Below, one piece after another: positions 41,461-54,188 of a stretch of 64,000 nucleotides of DNA. Below the pieces are notes generated by a model. That model had not been told where the DNA came from. It saw nothing but the letters and a program-made list of their open reading frames with translations, and did not search any database. Location of the stretch: NCBI GenBank assembly GCA_030704615.1, contig CM060731.1, forward strand, positions 94,116,001 to 94,180,000, read 5' to 3'. Positions within the stretch are counted from its first letter, which is position 1, and the number at the start of each line of letters is the position of its first letter. The position numbers were made by a program, and so were the translations under genes. This DNA is from Takakia lepidozioides. Its lineage: Eukaryota > Plantae > Bryophyta.

Positions 41461-42595
41461 GATGCTCCACCCGTTGTGCAAATCCACCGAATGGCTCCTC
41501 AGTCTGACAAAAGCAAGTTCATCGCTCCGCGTCTAGCACAATGGAGGATTCGACTCTACAGTCCTTGCACTTTTCTTACCAAGCCCGCCTGTCCAGCAAT
41601 GTACCTCGTTCTACTTCTAATACAAACAAGCGCGTGGTCGGATGCATGCAAGCCCTGCCCTAGTGTTTTGGACTATCATTCTAGCGACGACTAAAGGTCG
41701 GAGACGTTTAGCGTCACAGAGCATGAATAGGGTGCCATAGTGCCACGTCATCGTCGCCACGTTTCGTCGTCATTTTTTTTTGGAGTATGTCCGAAATGCC
41801 AGAAAGAAAGTAACTAGGAGAGGGGTCTGGTAGCGTGGGGAAGGGATGATGATGTCCCCGCGTCCTTGAGAGCTGAGGGGTTTCACACACCGATCGCAGA
41901 TAGAGACATTTGCAGATTATGAGTACACCGCAGGAGCTCTCACAGCTGGAATTTTCACAATGGTGGGACAACCGCAATCGCAAAGTGTGGCTTGTTCTTG
42001 ATGTACGATGTGAAGAAGTTTGTCCATCCTGCAAATGTGGGCTCTAATTGGCTCCTGTTAGTACCATGATTTGGTATTCTTCCTGATGTTTACAAGGTTC
42101 TTGGGAGAGTCAGCTTGGTCTTAGCAGGTAGTGTTTCAATCTCGGCTTGCTCAGCTGCACCGCGGTGGTTCTCACAGACCAATCCGACATTACCTGACTA
42201 CAGACACTGAAGATAACTTCTTGTCTCCAACTTTTAGTTAGAATCAATTGATGATCACAAAAGGATTTAGAAATTTGAAATGACATTTTTAATTTGACAT
42301 TGAAATACATATTATGTACCACATGACAAACTTACTTTAGATGTAGAGGCCTTATTCTAAGATCTACTTATCTTCCTTTTCCTTGGGTGAGAACGGAACC
42401 GTAATGTCATAGAACTTGCAATAGAGCCTCCGAAAGTGGTACTGGGTCTCTTCCTCTCCTCTGCCATTTTTTCTACAATTCTTACTTGGGGTAGGCTTCG
42501 CTCGGTCATGTACTAGGAATAATAATTTTATGTTTCTTGCTTACTGGTTTAGGTGGGCTGCCTTATGCTTGTGGCCAACCCCTGAACTATACATG

Positions 42596-43313
42596 TGTCG
42601 TGCGCATACATATCGCTACACAACTACATCGCTGTCCAAAACCACACAACACATGTGCACACCACACACTAGTATACCACTAGTCCCCACTAGTCCCACT
42701 AGTCCAACCACTAGGCTACAACTAGTCAGTCACTAGGCTGCCACTATGCTGCCCACTATGGCAGTCACTAGTCCACACAATGATAAAGAAGAAGAATACA
42801 AGCACAAGCTCATGCGAGCTCACAAAGCTGAAGCATAAACTCATGCATATATAACCTCATCACTCAAATACAAGTCAAGCCAAGTGCACCCCCACGCCAT
42901 GGGAATCCACACTACGGCGCCATAGCTAGGCGCGGTGAGGCTCAACTCGAGAAAGATGAGCCTCCCGCGCTTGCCGTGAAGATAACCACTCCAGGGCCTA
43001 AATCTGCCTTGACCCCTGGATTGACACTTGGGCCAATCCCAAATGTCAATATGTAAAAGCTAGCTATTTCCTAGCTAGTTTCACACTAGTGGTAAAATAA
43101 CTTGACAGCTGTCGTGCGCATACATATCGCTACACAACTACATCGCTGTCCAAAACCACACAACACATGTGCACACCACACACTAGTATACCACTAGTCC
43201 ACCACTAGTCCAACCACTAGTCCAACCACTAGGCTACAACTAGTCAGTCACTAGGCTGCCACTATGCTGCCCACTATGGCAGTCACTAGTCCACACAATC
43301 GCCCCCCTAGCTG
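42596..43313 (-). repeat. 3' terminal repeat block: A (42596-42779), B (42781-43107), gc, A (43110-43297), PPT (43298-43313)
   Basis: The two A copies are near-identical. B matches 57786-58112 (both 327 bp). PPT in element sense is ccagctaggggggcgat. Confidence 0.92.
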
Positions 43314-43555
43314 GTGCTTAGGTCCCTAAGTCCAGGTAGCCACAAGATGTGATAGTGACCATAGCCTCACTAAGTCCTCCACCACTATCCCTACTACACT
43401 CAAACTCGATAGATCAAGAGGCCGGGTGCAAGAGTTGCCCCATCGTTAGTCGCCGTCTTGCAACCTGTGAACTTGAGCTTGGGATCTCATGTATTGACTC
43501 CTATGAGCTTGGCCTCCCATGTCTTGTTAGCTGCCTCCAGTCATGTCCACTGCCA

Positions 43556-45005
43556 CTATCCCAAGCAGTGTGGACACAACCAATCTCCGTCAGGAACCTT
43601 CTCAAGAGGTGGTGTCAAGCATCCCATATGCCAACCCCTTGAGCATCGATCACACACCAGCATGGTGGCTGCCCCTTTGGCAGACCCACAGAGCATGCAC
43701 CTCAAACCTGCAGGTACCACTGCCAAGTTTGGGTCAACTCTGCCATCGACATTGGGAAGGTGACATGGCGCACAATTACGCACATGGTCCTTCCAAGTCA
43801 TGCCATCCCGACCCTCCAAGATCAGGACCCCTGAGGGCAACACCTCTCGAACCCTCAGAATAACACGCCCTGCAGTAACATCCAGAGTCGTAGGAGCAGT
43901 CTGCTGCAAATAAACATAGTCACCAGGGCTAAACCTCCGAACCCCAGGACGATATCCTCCACCACGTATAGTGGCATACCTCAACGTATCACGGTGCTGT
44001 GCAATGGCAAGGTTCTCAAAAGCCATGGGCATGACTTTCTTGAACAACTCTGCACGCTGATCACATGCACGTACCCACACGTCCGGATCGTCAAGGTTAA
44101 GGACTTGAGCAGTGTCCCTACGAATGGCTGCAGGCAAATCCGGCTCTCGGCCAAAGAGAAGGAAATATGGTGAGAAGGAGGCAAGTGATGCTTGTTTGCT
44201 GAACCTGTAGCCCATGGCTAACCAAGGAACCTGAAGATCCCAATCTCCTAGGTGTCCCTTCTGCAAGCCATACTTGCGCAAACCCTCTTCACCGTCTGAA
44301 CAACTCTCTCTGCTAAGCCATCGGCCTCAGGATGATCCCGAGAAGTGGTGCGGTGGTCTATCAAGGCTTTATCACACAAAGCCTGAAACTCCCCCAAGAA
44401 CTCTCTCCCTTGGTCCGTGAGTACCTCAGCTGGAGCACCAAATCGGCTAAGCACACGATCCAAGAATGCATACGCAGCCCCCTCACTAGCCTTGTCAGGC
44501 AATGGAACCAACTCAATCCACTTGGAGAAGTGCTCCACCATCACCAACACATATCTGTGGTGGCGCATAGTCAGTGGCAACGGTCCTGCGAAGTCAAGAC
44601 TCCACCTGTAGCCCAATCCCATGATTGGTAAAGGATGCAACTGTGGTGTAGGGGGAATGAAGCACGCACCCTGTCACACACCATGCACCTAGCCACAAAC
44701 TGTTGCACCTCTGTATGCATACCACGCCACCAATACTGCCCCTGCAGTAAACTGTGAGTGCGTCGCACTCCAAAATGCCCCAACTCCTCATGGGCATGCC
44801 GCACTAACCGTGCACGCTGTGTGGGGTGAGGCACAATCCTCACCCGACCATCCTCCCACACTCGAAGTAGGTGTATCCCCTCCCACTTGAACCTCTTGGC
44901 TCGTTGCAGGATCCGATCCCTCTCCCTGGCAGTCACAATGGCTGCCGTGTCTCCCGTGCGGAGGTAGTCCAACAGCCGAATCCTCATGTATATCTCTGGC
45001 ACCAC
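43556..45005 (-). CDS. Gypsy integrase (HHCC, DDE core) with C-terminal PHD finger; frameshifted in this assembly
   Basis: HEELGHFG..CMVC; WSLDFAGPL; VLTDQGREF; DGLAERVVQT; PHD CMLC..MLVCDRCSRGWHMGCLTPPL..GDWLCPHC. Confidence 0.93.
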
Positions 45006-45195
45006 CTAGCTCTCATCACTAGCCTCAGGTCCTCAGACACTCCGTCTACAGTCATCCCTGTTGTAGGTCCAATGACCTCCCGATGCCAAGATACACAAAA
45101 ATGCAGATGCGTGCCATCCCGCACCATCTCCTCGTCCGTCTCACCATGCCACCGAGCTCCAGTGTCATCCTGCTGGCTCATGCATGGATTGCGAC

Positions 45196-46520
45196 TCAAT
45201 CCATCCGCATCCCGATTGACCAAACCCGGTCGATGCACAACCTGAAAGTCATACTCCTGGAGTATAGTGCCCACCGTGCAAGCTTCCCCGTAAGCTTGTC
45301 TGACTCCATCAACCACTTGAGTGGCTGGTGATCCGTGACAAGGGTGAAAAGATTGCCGTATAGATAGCACCTGAAGTGTGCCACGGCCCACACTGCAGCT
45401 AAGCACTCTCCCTCATATGAGCTGTACTTAGCCTCTGCAGCGTTGTTCGAGCGGCTAGCGTAAGCCACTACGAACTCTCTTCCCTCATCATCCACCTGTG
45501 TGAGCACCGCTCCAAGCCCCAGCATGCTCCAATCCGTATGCAGCTGAAAGGGACGCCCCCTGATAGGTCGTCTCAAGATAGGCGCCGAGGTCAACCTCGC
45601 CTTGAGCTCTTGAAAAGCTCGTTCCTGCTCATCTTCCCCTGCCACTCCTGGTCCACCTTGGTCAGCTTGGTTAGAGCCTTTGCAATGGTACTAAATCCCT
45701 TGACAAACCGTCTATAATAGTTTGCCAACCCCATGAAAGCTCGAACTCGGCTCACATCCGTGGGGCGTGGAATTTGTGCAATGGCCTCTACCTTAGTCTG
45801 CTGTACCCCCAATCCTCCAGGATATATCATGTGACCCAGATACTCAATCTGGTTGTGGAAAAACTTGCACTTCCCCGGATGCAACTTCAATCCGTGCGCT
45901 CTCAAGCGCTCCAATACCACCTGAAGGTGTCTCTCATGCTCCTCCATCGTAACACTAAAGATGATGATGTCATCTATGTAGCACCGAGCAAAGTCCACCC
46001 CTGCTAGAATCCTATCCATGACTCTCTGAAACTCTGCAGGAGCATTCTTAAGCCCAAATGGTAAGAACCGCCACTGATATAGGCAATCCTTGCCGTGCTC
46101 ATTGATCCCCCAGAATGCCGTCTTCTGCTTGTCCGCCTCCTTGATTGGCAACTGGTGATATCCGGATCGTAAATCCAAAGTGCTAAAGGCCTTAGCATGC
46201 CCGATGGCATCAAAGATCTCCTCTGTTGGCATGGCATACTTATCGGACTTGGTCTGACGATTTACAGGCCGGTAATCACCGCACATACGTCTCTCTCGTC
46301 CAATTGCCATAGACATCCTTCTTGGCTGGCATCACTGTGGCTGAAGCATCTCTCCACCAGAGAGCTCCACCAAACCTGCCTCCCAGAGATCTTGAGTCCT
46401 CATCTGAATCAAAGACCTCTCCATGTCACTGTATCTATAGGGTCTCCGAAAGATTGGCGTGTCAGTGGCCAACTCAATACGGATCTCTTGACCCTTCAGT
46501 GCTCCCAAGTCCTTCAAACT
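45196..46520 (-). CDS. Gypsy reverse transcriptase and RNase H; frameshifted
   Basis: [32 protein letters not shown] and YIDDI. RNase H: LHTDWSMLGLGAVL, YASR, TDHQPL. Confidence 0.95.
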
Positions 46521-46979
46521 GAAGGCAAAAATTCCTGTAAGCCCTCAGGAACCGCCGTATACGTCGTCTCTCTCCTCCGGTGACAATGGGTCCAATGTCA
46601 GGCTCCCAATTGTCCTCCGTAACTGCAACCTTAAGTCCAGTGGGCTTAGAGGTAGGACGCGTCCAGTGGTTGCTATGTTGCAACCTCTTGAGCAGTACTC
46701 CCTACCTGCTCAGTCAATGACAAGGCCTCATCCTGCCCCATCATCTCATCCTTGAGGACCTCCTCAACCCGAGAAGAATCCCCAACCTCATCCATCACAG
46801 CCGCCTTGGCTGCCAACTCCCTCTGAACTCGAGCACCTCCCACGTGTGCCATGGATGCATGCACCCCGTGGTCCTCACATGCTCGCCCCACTCACTGCCT
46901 GTACCGTCTCGGTAGGCAGAGAGACCATTGAGGGAAGTGTACTCCGCACTCTGCGTTGCTCAGCCAGAGCCAAGCTGAT

Positions 46980-47937
46980 AATCCAGGTCAAGCAATTGAG
47001 ATCCATTGCTTGCCCCAACACTTGACGACGTGATGCCTCAGAAAGAGACGACACCGCCGTGGTACCAGTGGTAAAACCCATTGCCCGCTCACGCTCGTCA
47101 GCATTAGGCTCCACTAACTGCTGCAACTGAGCATCCCACAGGAGGCCAGGTCCACTATCCCGGAAAGCATGCGATCCTGGGAAGCTGAGCAGTGTAGGTA
47201 ATGCTGCTCGTGGTTGACCCACCTTGTTGACCACTGCCAAAGGCGAACGGTCATCGTGTCTCACACGCTGAGACTGCCTCCCTGTGTCCAGAATGTTATC
47301 CACTGTGAGATGTGCTGGCCGCTGCACCCCATCAAATGCACGCTTGAGCAGTGCGGGTGGCATCAAGTTAGTCCACCATAGCCGTGGACGATGAGCCCGT
47401 GACCCCACTGTAGCTGCATCTAGCAACACTGCTGACCCAAGCCACGACCGGACTTGATGCACACTGGCCATCACCCTGCCCGAGAATCGCCCATCAGTGG
47501 CACATTCTCCAAGATGTATGCTGGAGATACAGCTTGATGAAGCTGCAAGTGGCGCAAAACCCGCACCATCTCCCAAAACAGACCCGACCTCGAGTCTCGC
47601 AATCCATTGCCATGCCCGGCTGATGAATGCCCTTGGCAGGGCCAACCTGCCACTACCAGATCAATGGAGCCAACCCGCTCCAAATCCTGCGCCCCCAGCA
47701 ACGAAATGTCTGCTGGCAAGGCCTGCTGATATCCACGAATTGCAGACACCGACAACAACTCAGGGTACCGCTGCACCAACTGAGCAACATGGCGAAGTGA
47801 AACGCGTCGTGCAGTCTCATCCCCTCCACATACAGGTAACGCCGAACTCGTACACCTGCCTGTAACACAGCAGCCAATCCGGTGCTGATCCCGCCAAACA
47901 AGTCCAGAAGACAAATGCCTTCATCCGGAACTGCCAC
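46980..47937 (-). CDS. DNMT3-like C5-cytosine DNA methyltransferase domain inside the Gypsy polyprotein
   Basis: Motifs in canonical order across three frameshifted ORFs: I LLDLFGGISTG, II YLYVE, III DI, IV DLVVAGWPCQGHS, VI YILENV, VIII AHRPRLWWTNL, IX ERERAMGF, X RRQVLGQAM. Confidence 0.93.
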
Positions 47938-48277
47938 ACAATAGGTGTGGTGTCCAATGGAGACAATTGAGGTGGTCCTGGTGCAATCCCCACACTCTCC
48001 TCCTCTCCTGACGGTACAAAAGCCTCCACCCAGGCTTGTTGCACCCGTCGATCAGCATCCCGCTGCAAATCCTTGCTCGTGCCCCACAATGGAGTCTGAG
48101 CAACCATGGTAGGCAACTCCGCCATACCATACATGTCATCCTGCTCTCCCGGAGGTGGTACATCCTCTGAATGAGCATTGCCCTCAAGCAACTCTCTAGG
48201 CCAACTCACTGCCGCTGTGAATGCTGCTAGTGTCGGCATCTTGCCTCGCTGGGCAACCGCAACTCCTCCTATGAACG

Positions 48278-50740
48278 TCACAGGGAGCTGCACACGCCGG
48301 CCCTCCCCTGACTGCCATGCAGGCCTATAGGAAGCTGACTCCTCCCAAAAATCCAGGGTGAAGCCCATGGGGTACAACACTGCCCCACCAACCAGACATC
48401 GTATGAGACTGCGTCTGTCACAATGGCCTTGGCTCGCATCACTGAGCCATCTGTAGGGTGATCCGGCCGTAGTCTGATAGCCAACTCATGCCGTGTCATG
48501 CCCCGAGCCTGCTCCGATCCTCCCAGAGACGTCTGTATCTGGAAAGGACAAGGCTCCATATCCGCCTCCGTGAGGCCCAAGCCTGCAATAGCAGCTCTGC
48601 CCAGCATCAGTGGCTGAGCTCCCGAGTCCAACAAGACCCGCAGTGGCCGGTACCTCTTGCCTGCCGGTCCACTCAAACAGAAAATGCCATCCTGGTTGTC
48701 TAACATGACAACTCCAGGTGTCACCATGGCGCGCTCAATGGCTGGCCTAGCTGGCAGCTCCATCAACCTGGCAGCTGCAGCTTGCCATGGCGCCGCCGTG
48801 GCAGTCTTGACCCTCAAATCCGAGGATCCCTCCGGCACTACACCTCCCACTATCTCCGCAGAAGATGAAGTAACCTCCCCACTCTCACAGAGTGTAGCTG
48901 CCAGCCTGAACACCTCAGCTGGTCTTACCCCCGGCGTCGCAATCATGGTAGCCGAGAACAATGGAGCCTGGCACACAGATGTGGCCGCTCCTAGCAGCAC
49001 ACTAGCTGCCGTAGCCTTGGCAACACTAGGTAGTGGTGCTACCCGTGTAGCTCTCCCCAATGGCATAGTAACCTCCGCCTCGGTAACAGTCGGGCGAGAA
49101 CTAGGTGCCATGGATGGCGTCGACACTGTCTCCGCCAATGTGAATGACTGAGGAAGCCTAGCCTGACGGCTTGCCTCCCCACGCTGTGGATCCAACTCCA
49201 CCTCTGCACCTCGTGGCTCAGGAACTCGTGCTGCTCCTCGAGTCACGGCTGCAGCAGACTCCACCTGCACTAGTGGTAGTGCTGCTCCACACATGAATCC
49301 CATGCCTCCCATATCTCCTCCCTCAGGAGCAGGAGGTGGACCATCCGGCCTTAGAGCCGGTACCACCTGAGCTGTAGCCATGGCAGCGAGCCTCTGCTCT
49401 AGCTGCTGAAGCCGGTTGGCCATGCCTTGGTCAACACCCTGACCTCCGCGTCCTTGGCCATGTTGAGCTTGCCCTTGGCCTGCACCTCGTGGCTGGCCAC
49501 CTCGTCCTCTCTGGGCTGCTCCACCTCGCCCCCGGCCACCATTGTTCCCTTGGAACTGGCCTGGGCGCAACTCAGGATGCAAACCATAACACTGGGCCTC
49601 TCCATGCCCGTGTTTGCCACAATGCCCACTGCAACTGTGCAGGCTGTGCATGTGCCGGCCCTTTGCCTCCCTCTGGGCAATCCTTCTTGACATGGGGTCC
49701 TCCACATGTCCAGCACACCACATCCGCCCGTTGTTGGCCAGCAAATGAAGGGAGAGACCCCTGCATCTGAGGTCCTCTCTGCCCTTCCCTGAGCTTCACC
49801 TGAGCCCCCTTGTTGCCTTGAGCACGTTGAGGTAGTGGTTGGCTAGGAGCACCACTACCCCGTGGTGTCTCCTTAGCAAATCCCACCATGACCACTCGTT
49901 CCACACCATGTTGAGCTCTATCCGCTCTGCCAGCAAAAACACATTTGCTAAGGTGGGTTGGGCCGCTTGTAGGAGAGTTGCATCCCGCACCCTTCTCCTC
50001 AGCTCCTTGTCCAATATCCCATACCAGAATTGGACTGCCTGAGCTTCCGTAACCCCTTGGGTTACATTTATCAAGCGCCTCATGCGAGTGAAAGCCTCCC
50101 TCAAGCTCTCGGTCGGCTTCCGTTGGAACTCTTGCAAGCTCCGCAACTTCTCTGTCCTCACCCCTTGGTAGTTCCCTCTCAACTCTTCGAAGAACTCCAC
50201 AACAGGGTTGAAGGCAGGCACGGGTGCTAGTGCTGGTGCGGTAGTGGCTTGGGTGGACGTCGTAGCTACTGTACCACCAGTCCCACTGCTATTTGCTGAA
50301 GCTGCCGGTGCAGCGGCAGGTGTAGCCACTGCCCTCGTGGCTCTAGTGCCCCTAGTGATGGAGACATAGTCGGGTGACCAGTACATCCTCCACTCCTCGA
50401 TCTCAACCTCATGCCCCCGCCTGAACTCATGGTAATCATCCATAGGCGGCCCCTCAAGGTGCTGAAACAGCCCCTTCCATGCATGAAAGGCGTAAATAGT
50501 TGTGGATTGCGCATTTGCTGCAAATCACACCAACTATCAAACTCTTGGATAAAATCATCCAACTCGATGTGCCCACCGCCCCCAGAGTACCTTCGTGGCC
50601 CCTTGGTAGCTCCATACATCTCCTCCATTGTGTCCCACAACAATGGCAAAGAAACAACTTGCACCGCCGGTATGAGTCCTCCTGATTCACAATCCGAATC
50701 AGAACCTTCCGTAGAAGACACAGGAGGTGAAGGTGGCCTA
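48278..50740 (-). CDS. Gypsy Gag (retrotransposon gag domain, Zn knuckles, RG-rich tract) and aspartic protease; frameshifted
   Basis: FQRKPTESLREAFTRMRRL, CWTCGGPHVKKDC, HCGKHGHGEAQC and VLLDSGAQPLML. About 340 bp at the gag 5' end is missing relative to copy 1. Confidence 0.85.
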
Positions 50741-51199
50741 AACCGCACACTCTCAAATCCGGACCAATCACCTAGCGCCCACACAAAACTACATGGCGCA
50801 CAGTCAAGCATGCAGGTATGGAGGGGATCCAAACACAAGAAATCAGAACGACAACTCCCCCACACCAAAAACAACTCCACGTGTTGCTCCTGCAAGGACA
50901 CCCCAGCCCAAACCCGGACTGACTCTTGCCTCCACCTACGGAAAGGTCTTGGCCTAATGAGAGGGTGGAAACTACGAGGAAGAGAAGCTAAAGCAATGCC
51001 TAACCCCAGCATGCCCTCATCCCAACACTCTTCCTCTCCTCTCTTCCCTCACTTGCATGACCATGGGAATATCATGAAGATACTCCTCAAACCGCCCTCC
51101 ACGAGCTTCAAATTCGGCCTTCAAGACCACATGCCAGTCCTTAGGCAGTCCACCAGTGCCTCCACGAGTCAGCACAGGCCGTCCACAGGTCAACACGGG

Positions 51200-52439
51200 C
51201 CCACACAGCTCACTGCTCACAGCCGTCACAGTCCCACAGGCCACTGGGCACAGCCTGTCGCCCCTCATAGCCCGTCACAGCTCGCCACAGTCATCACAGC
51301 CTCACAGCCCACAGCCCGCACAGCCCACAGCCTGTCACAGCCCGTGGCCACTGGGCAGTCACAGCCCCGCACAGCCCGTCACAGTCCCACAGGCCACTGG
51401 CACAGCCTGTCACAGCCTCACAGCCGGGCACAGCCTGTCACAGCCCCTCACAGCCCTCACAGCACAGCCCCTCATCAGGCACGGCCGCCCCTCACACCTC
51501 GGGCACGGCCTGGCCCCTCACAGCCCGTCACAGCCCCAAAGGCCTCAGGCACGGCCTGTCACAGCCCCTCACAGCCCCTCACAGCCCCACAGGCCATTGG
51601 GCACAGCCTGTCACAGCCCCGCACAGCCCGTCACAGCCCCACAGGCCACTGGGCACAGCCTGTCACAGCCCCGCCTGCCCGTCACATCACAGCCAGTCAC
51701 AGCCCCTCACAGCCCGTCACATCGCCACAGCCCCTCACAGCCCCTCACAGCCCCACAGGCCTCGGCACGGCCTGACACAGCCCCTCACAGCCCGTCACAG
51801 CCCCAAAGGCCTCAGGCACGGCCTGCCCACAGCCCCTCACAGCCCACAGGCCACTGGCACAGCCTGTCACAGCCCCCATAGCCCATCATAGCCCCACAGG
51901 CCACTGGGCACAGCCTGTCACAGCCCCAAAAGGTAACCGGCACAGCCCCCACATCCCAGCCCCCAAGGCCACTGGCGTAGCCCGTCACAGGCCCTCACAG
52001 TCACGACCCCGAGGGCCACCGGCAGGCCCTCACAGGCCCTCACGAAGGCCACCGGCGCAGCCCGGCACAGTCTTTAAGGCCACCGGCACAGCCCCTCATA
52101 GCCCCAAAGGCCTCAAGCACGGCCTGACACAACCCCTCACAGCCCCTCACAGCCCCAAAGGCCTCAGGCACAGCCTCACAGCCCCTCACAGTCAAGCAAC
52201 GTCACAGCCCCTCACAGGCCTCACACGGCCCCTGCCTGGGCACAGCCTGTCACAGTCACAGCCCCACAGCCCCACACAGCCGCCCCGCACAGCCCGTCAC
52301 AGCCCATAGGCCACTGGGCACAGCCTGTCATAGCCCCACACAGCCCGTCACAGCCCCACATGCCACTGGGCACAGCCTGTCACACAGCCCGCACAGCCCG
52401 TCACAGCTCCCCACAGCCCCTCACAGCCCCAAAGGCCTC
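51200..52439. repeat. cacagcc-rich minisatellite in the Gypsy 5' leader (copy 2)
   Basis: Long degenerate cacagccc/gtcacagcc array that resumes briefly at 56233. Confidence 0.9.
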
Positions 52440-54188
52440 TCAAATGGAAGGGCTATCATCATGTGGAGGCATCTTGGGTCCGTGCCTCAGAAATGGGAAA
52501 CGCATCCGAGGCGGTTGCAGCTTTCGAAGGGCGACCTCAAAAGCGGAAGAAGCGTTGATGGGGACATCAACCTTGGAGCGTGGGGGAGGAAATGCATGCT
52601 TAGCCCGGCTTAGCTAGCTTAGGGATCCGATTACAAAAACTTGTATTGTACAAAAATTTGTTATAAAGGAAATGGGTTCCAAATGTTATGCGTCCTATTT
52701 TGTTTGGAATGGTGATGCATGATATGGTTGGCTAGTGTGTAGAATGCATGCTAGCTTATAAAAGTGGGAGAGGTAAATTGGGTTAATCGTGTGTTTGTGT
52801 AGTGCCGAAATCAGGTGACCCCCATCCGAGGGGCAAGGAAACTTGCGCCTTCCTTGGGAGTTCACGTGCTAGTACGCACCTGGCGCGTGCGCGTACTATA
52901 ACTGCGCTACCGAGGGGGTTGCCTTGTAGTGCGGGCTAACGCGGAAGTTACGTGCTTCTGTTCACGTACTATAATCGTGTAGCCTCGGGACGAAGTCGTA
53001 GTGCGGCTTCGGCGTGTTTCCGTACCTCAGGCCAGCATTCCAAGGCGGACCCAATTGTAGTGATTGGGGCGCACGGTTTGGTTCAAGGTTATCTTCCTAG
53101 TCAAAGAGGGTTCCAGGGAACCCTTGCTCAAGGTGATGCCAAGAGTGGCATCATGAACGATCGCAAGCAATGTTGTTGCAGTAAGGCGATTCGATCCTCA
53201 AGGAGGATCGTTCCTTGGCCTTGAAGTAGGCCAAGAAGAGTGCACTGGGAAGAGCTGGAGAGGCTCCACCCTTGGCCGGGACTTGGAGGAAGTCGGCCGA
53301 ACTAGCTAGTGGAGAGTAGAGTCAAGTGTGGGGTTTGGTTCTTTGCCATGGGACGCCATGGTGCGGAAAACAAACTCCTTGATGTGGGACGCCACAACTT
53401 GGATGTTCGTTTCTACAAAATGGACAAGTCGATGAGGACATCGACTCCCTGTTGGTAGGGGTGTGTGTCGCGGCCCTTTGCCTTGAGGGCAGGGGGTCGG
53501 GACACATGAGGGGCTGCCCCTATGGTGGGGGCAGCGGCAGCGATAGGTATGGGGGGCTGAAGCACCCTTGAGTGCCCAAGGCACTCAAGGAGGCGGAGGC
53601 GCTCACTAAGTGGAGCCCCGCACACCGGGTTGCGGTGGGGGTGGCTCCACAAGGGGTGGTGGTAGCTTAGCGGGACTTAGTGGGGGTGGCATAGGACTCA
53701 CCATGGGGGCGGAGACCTCGTGGTGGGAGTCGTGGGGAGTCTTGGGACTCATCACGGTCCATAGGGGCCGTGGTGAGTGGGCCAAGACTCACCGCGACTC
53801 ATCACCGGGAGTCGAGGGTTTTCGTGGTGGTTCGCCATAAATGGCATGGCTGGTTATGAAACCCCCGCGGACAGCTACAGAAGTATATATAGGGAGTAGT
53901 AACCCCGAGAACGGTGCAAGCCCGTTGGTGACCAAAAACTAGTGAGTAAGCGAGCGAGCCGGAAAGCGACCAAAGAGTGGGAGCTGTTCCGGACTGCCAT
54001 CTACCAAAGGGAATTCCACTAGTCCCAAATAGGTGGAGGGTTTAGTGGGAAGCAAAGGGGGACTGTTATGTCCCGGTGAGCAGCCGAAGCTCCAAGTTGG
54101 CCCGGCGGCCAGGTTGGGAGTCAGGCGCGCGCATCAAAACGAGTAACTATGACGTGAAGGGGAGATTACCGAAGGGAGGTGCGCGACA
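52440..54188 (+). mobile_element. Chromovirus 3' fragment (chromodomain tail, 3' UTR, LTR 53466-54188)
   Basis: Matches 603-2328 except for an inverted segment of about 0.5 kb. Confidence 0.9.

Noticed and set aside
50411-51881. Long Pro/Ser/His/Thr-rich ORFs (also 21362-22258)
   Set aside because: They are translations of the cacagcc minisatellite, antisense to the element, with no domain signal.
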